A stretch of 61,933 nt of DNA, counting the filler, from Asterionella formosa (taxonomy: Eukaryota): assembly GCA_002256025.1 (NCBI GenBank). It is 12 parts of 12 records of this genome, joined end to end, with 100 filler letters (N's around TTAATTAATTAA, not from the genome) between each part and the next. Parts side by side here need not be neighbours in the genome. Positions count along the whole stretch, not along the records: positions 56,875 to 61,933 come from NKIB01013236.1; 11 more parts are not named here. One strand, 5' to 3'. Positions within the stretch are counted from its first letter, which is position 1; each line of letters starts with the position of its first letter. The translations under genes were made by a program, and so were the position numbers. Below the pieces are notes generated by a model. It saw only the letters and a list, made by a program, of their open reading frames with translations, made no database searches and was not told the DNA's origin. Shown here in pieces: positions 59,929 through 61,933 of the stretch.

Positions 59929-60759
59929 ATGTTTTGCATATTTCCTATCTTTACCTCGAAAATTGCCAAAGGTCCAATATTGTTCTCATTTTGGCAAGAA
60001 TCCAGACGCCAATTGCCCCTCGGTTTTCCAGTCCTGGGATATGTTAATTCCATAGTTGCCCCAATGCATTTATCAGAGAGGTCATCTTATATGGCGAATT
60101 CAAAACATTTGAACCAATTTTTTTCAAATGAAAAGCAGCGGGCTATTCTTATTTTTCGTTCACCAAATCGAGAAGAACCCAGTCGATCTCTCATGATAAT
60201 ACACAATATGTCCTGTGACGAGGCAAGGGTACCTCTACATTTAGAGGCTAAGCATTCTAATACAGAAAATGTCGACAACCCTACCCCCGATTACCTGATG
60301 GATGGAGATGATGATGACTTAGGTGCTGGTCTGATAGATTCTGTTGTCCTTCCAAGAAAGAGAACGATTTCAATTAATGAAAAGATTATAAACAATGATA
60401 TTTCGTCAAGGATTGGTCATGAAGATGAACATCCAGATGACAGTAAAGGAATCTTTGTTCATGCTACTGAAGATCAACCTGTTTTCGAAAATCAAACTTC
60501 TGTTCAGGATATTGTGGAAGAGATCAAGTTGTTGAAGAACAAAAATACCAGAATCAGCCAGACTATGTTGGACCTTTCCCATTTCTTTATGCCCAATGAC
60601 CGGGATGATCGAAATGGTATTTTTATTGAATCATATGAAGCTGAAAAAGATTCTGTCAATAATTCCATCATGGAGAATCCCGAGGGCAGTTCATATAGAG
60701 AGGAAAATGCATGTCAATTATGTCAACTCATGTCTCCCATTCGAACCTTCATAAGTTGA
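59929..60759 (+). CDS. Acidic low-complexity ORF, probably the decayed N-terminus of a DNA transposon protein
   Basis: 276-aa open frame overlapping subterminal-type repeats; no recognisable domain. Confidence 0.25.
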   Translation: MFCIFPIFTSKIAKGPILFSFWQESRRQLPLGFPVLGYVNSIVAPMHLSERSSYMANSKHLNQFFSNEKQRAILIFRSPNREEPSRSLMIIHNMSCDEARVPLHLEAKHSNTENVDNPTPDYLMDGDDDDLGAGLIDSVVLPRKRTISINEKIINNDISSRIGHEDEHPDDSKGIFVHATEDQPVFENQTSVQDIVEEIKLLKNKNTRISQTMLDLSHFFMPNDRDDRNGIFIESYEAEKDSVNNSIMENPEGSSYREENACQLCQLMSPIRTFIS

Positions 60760-61299
60760 CGCTTACCGTCACCGTGGTGATGCCACAATTGAAATTTCCC
60801 CTTTCACTTGGGAGTCAGTATCATCTGGACTCTCAAGTGATGTTGCTATCAATGAGAAATTTGCTCTCTTTGTCAATGCATTTGACAACCCATTGCAGAT
60901 TAGAGATAAGCTTAAATTGGTAAGTGTTACATAATAAGGTTGCAGTGCTTTGTACTGTTTTGCTGAATAATTCTCAGTCCAAAAAGACTCCAGGGTAAGT
61001 TGCCACGTCACTACACCTATTCTGATTGGTTGAATTGAATTTACTCATCTGCTCCAGATTGGCTGAACTATTCCGGTCTTGTAAAATCACGCCAGCCAAA
61101 CTTGAACCACACATATTAGATGTTTGCTACAATGGTAGGTAAAATCAGTACTACTGGAACCTGGTACCAGGGTATCGGTTGTTTCATCATGTCTTCCATC
61201 ACCACCATGAACCAAGATTATGTAACAGGTACAGGTATACTGGTACTCTGGTACTCCGTTACCGGGAGCTGATATAAGATATACCTTTGTGCGTGTAGT

Positions 61300-61652
61300 A
61301 ATATTATATCTACATTCAGCAATGTAGATTCAATATAATGTTTAAACATGAACCATTAGCATACATGTTGGCATACCAGTACTTCCTATTTACAAACCAG
61401 TATGCGTTTTGGCATTGAGCAAAATCAGATCTACATTCAGCAGTGTAGATAAACTAATAACATTTAAACATCATTTTTGTTTGTTTAAAATGGAACTCTA
61501 TCAATCTGGCGCCGATTCCTATTTAATTCAAATATTCAAATCGATGCTCAAATCATGGGATTTCATAGTAGGAAACTCCCTGTTCCATACCGTTTTTACA
61601 ACCCTAGCGATGTTTTCTCCAAACTAGGGTAAAGACGGGGCCACAACCTTAA
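61300..61652 (-). mobile_element. Terminus of a TTAA-flanked element with duplicated atctaca...tgtagat hairpins
   Basis: cggggccacaacc|ttaa is the near reverse complement of ttaa|ggttgcagccccg at 5073-5089; atctacattcagca.tgtagat occurs at ~61308 and ~61429. Confidence 0.45.
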
Positions 61653-61827
61653 TTAACCTTGCAACGCCATGCACGATCCCGGACAGGTAGGGCAGTCATC
61701 AATACAAATAGAAAGGAGAAAAAAGTTACACCAAAAACCATTCACGATTGCTGCAAGAAGGCGAAGGAAAGAGTTCATGAGGACAGTGTCAACACTTAAT
61801 TTCTGCAAAGGCTATGAGCAGACTTAC

Positions 61828-61933
61828 CATCATTGCCTTAAATTCCTCGAAACTGATCTCTCCATCGCCATTCGTATCAACTTCGTCCATCATGGCATCA
61901 AGTTCTGCCTCGGTAAGAGCTTGTCCAAGCTTC
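61828..61933 (-). CDS. Calmodulin-like EF-hand protein, partial exon (not in the ORF track)
   Basis: KLGQALTEAELDAMMDEVDTNGDGEISFEEFKAMM with a canonical EF-hand loop, followed by a gtaagt donor. Confidence 0.88.

Overview
This is eukaryotic nuclear DNA, most likely a diatom or related stramenopile, judging from short GT-AG introns, bipartite plastid-type presequences and the transposon types. It is not one locus: twelve unrelated contigs of about 5.05-5.09 kb are joined by an artificial N44-TTAATTAATTAA-N44 linker, so adjacency across linkers means nothing. Host genes include a PDCD4/MA3-domain protein, a FAS1-like membrane protein, a SAM methyltransferase, a homocysteine S-methyltransferase, a rhodanese, an EamA transporter, a TBL/PC-esterase-like protein, an SDR, a MerA-like flavoprotein disulfide reductase, a Met-rich secretory protein, RNA Pol III C34, a TAZ zinc-finger protein and a calmodulin-like fragment. 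Much of the rest is transposon debris (Copia, Gypsy, PIF/Harbinger, Plavaka-like, pogo-like, Crypton-like) and MITE-like repeats. Three observations stand out. (1) A spliced 75-aa microprotein gene, only partly captured by the ORF track, encodes just the GGxGGKGKW motif shared with the N-terminus of the neighbouring PDCD4-like gene; it is a candidate stand-alone ribosome-silencing peptide. (2) One contig is bracketed by an inverted, near-identical duplicate of a secreted-protein gene. (3) A GGTACC-centred palindromic heptamer recurs in non-coding DNA of most contigs. All family assignments are by-eye motif recognition; no searches were run.
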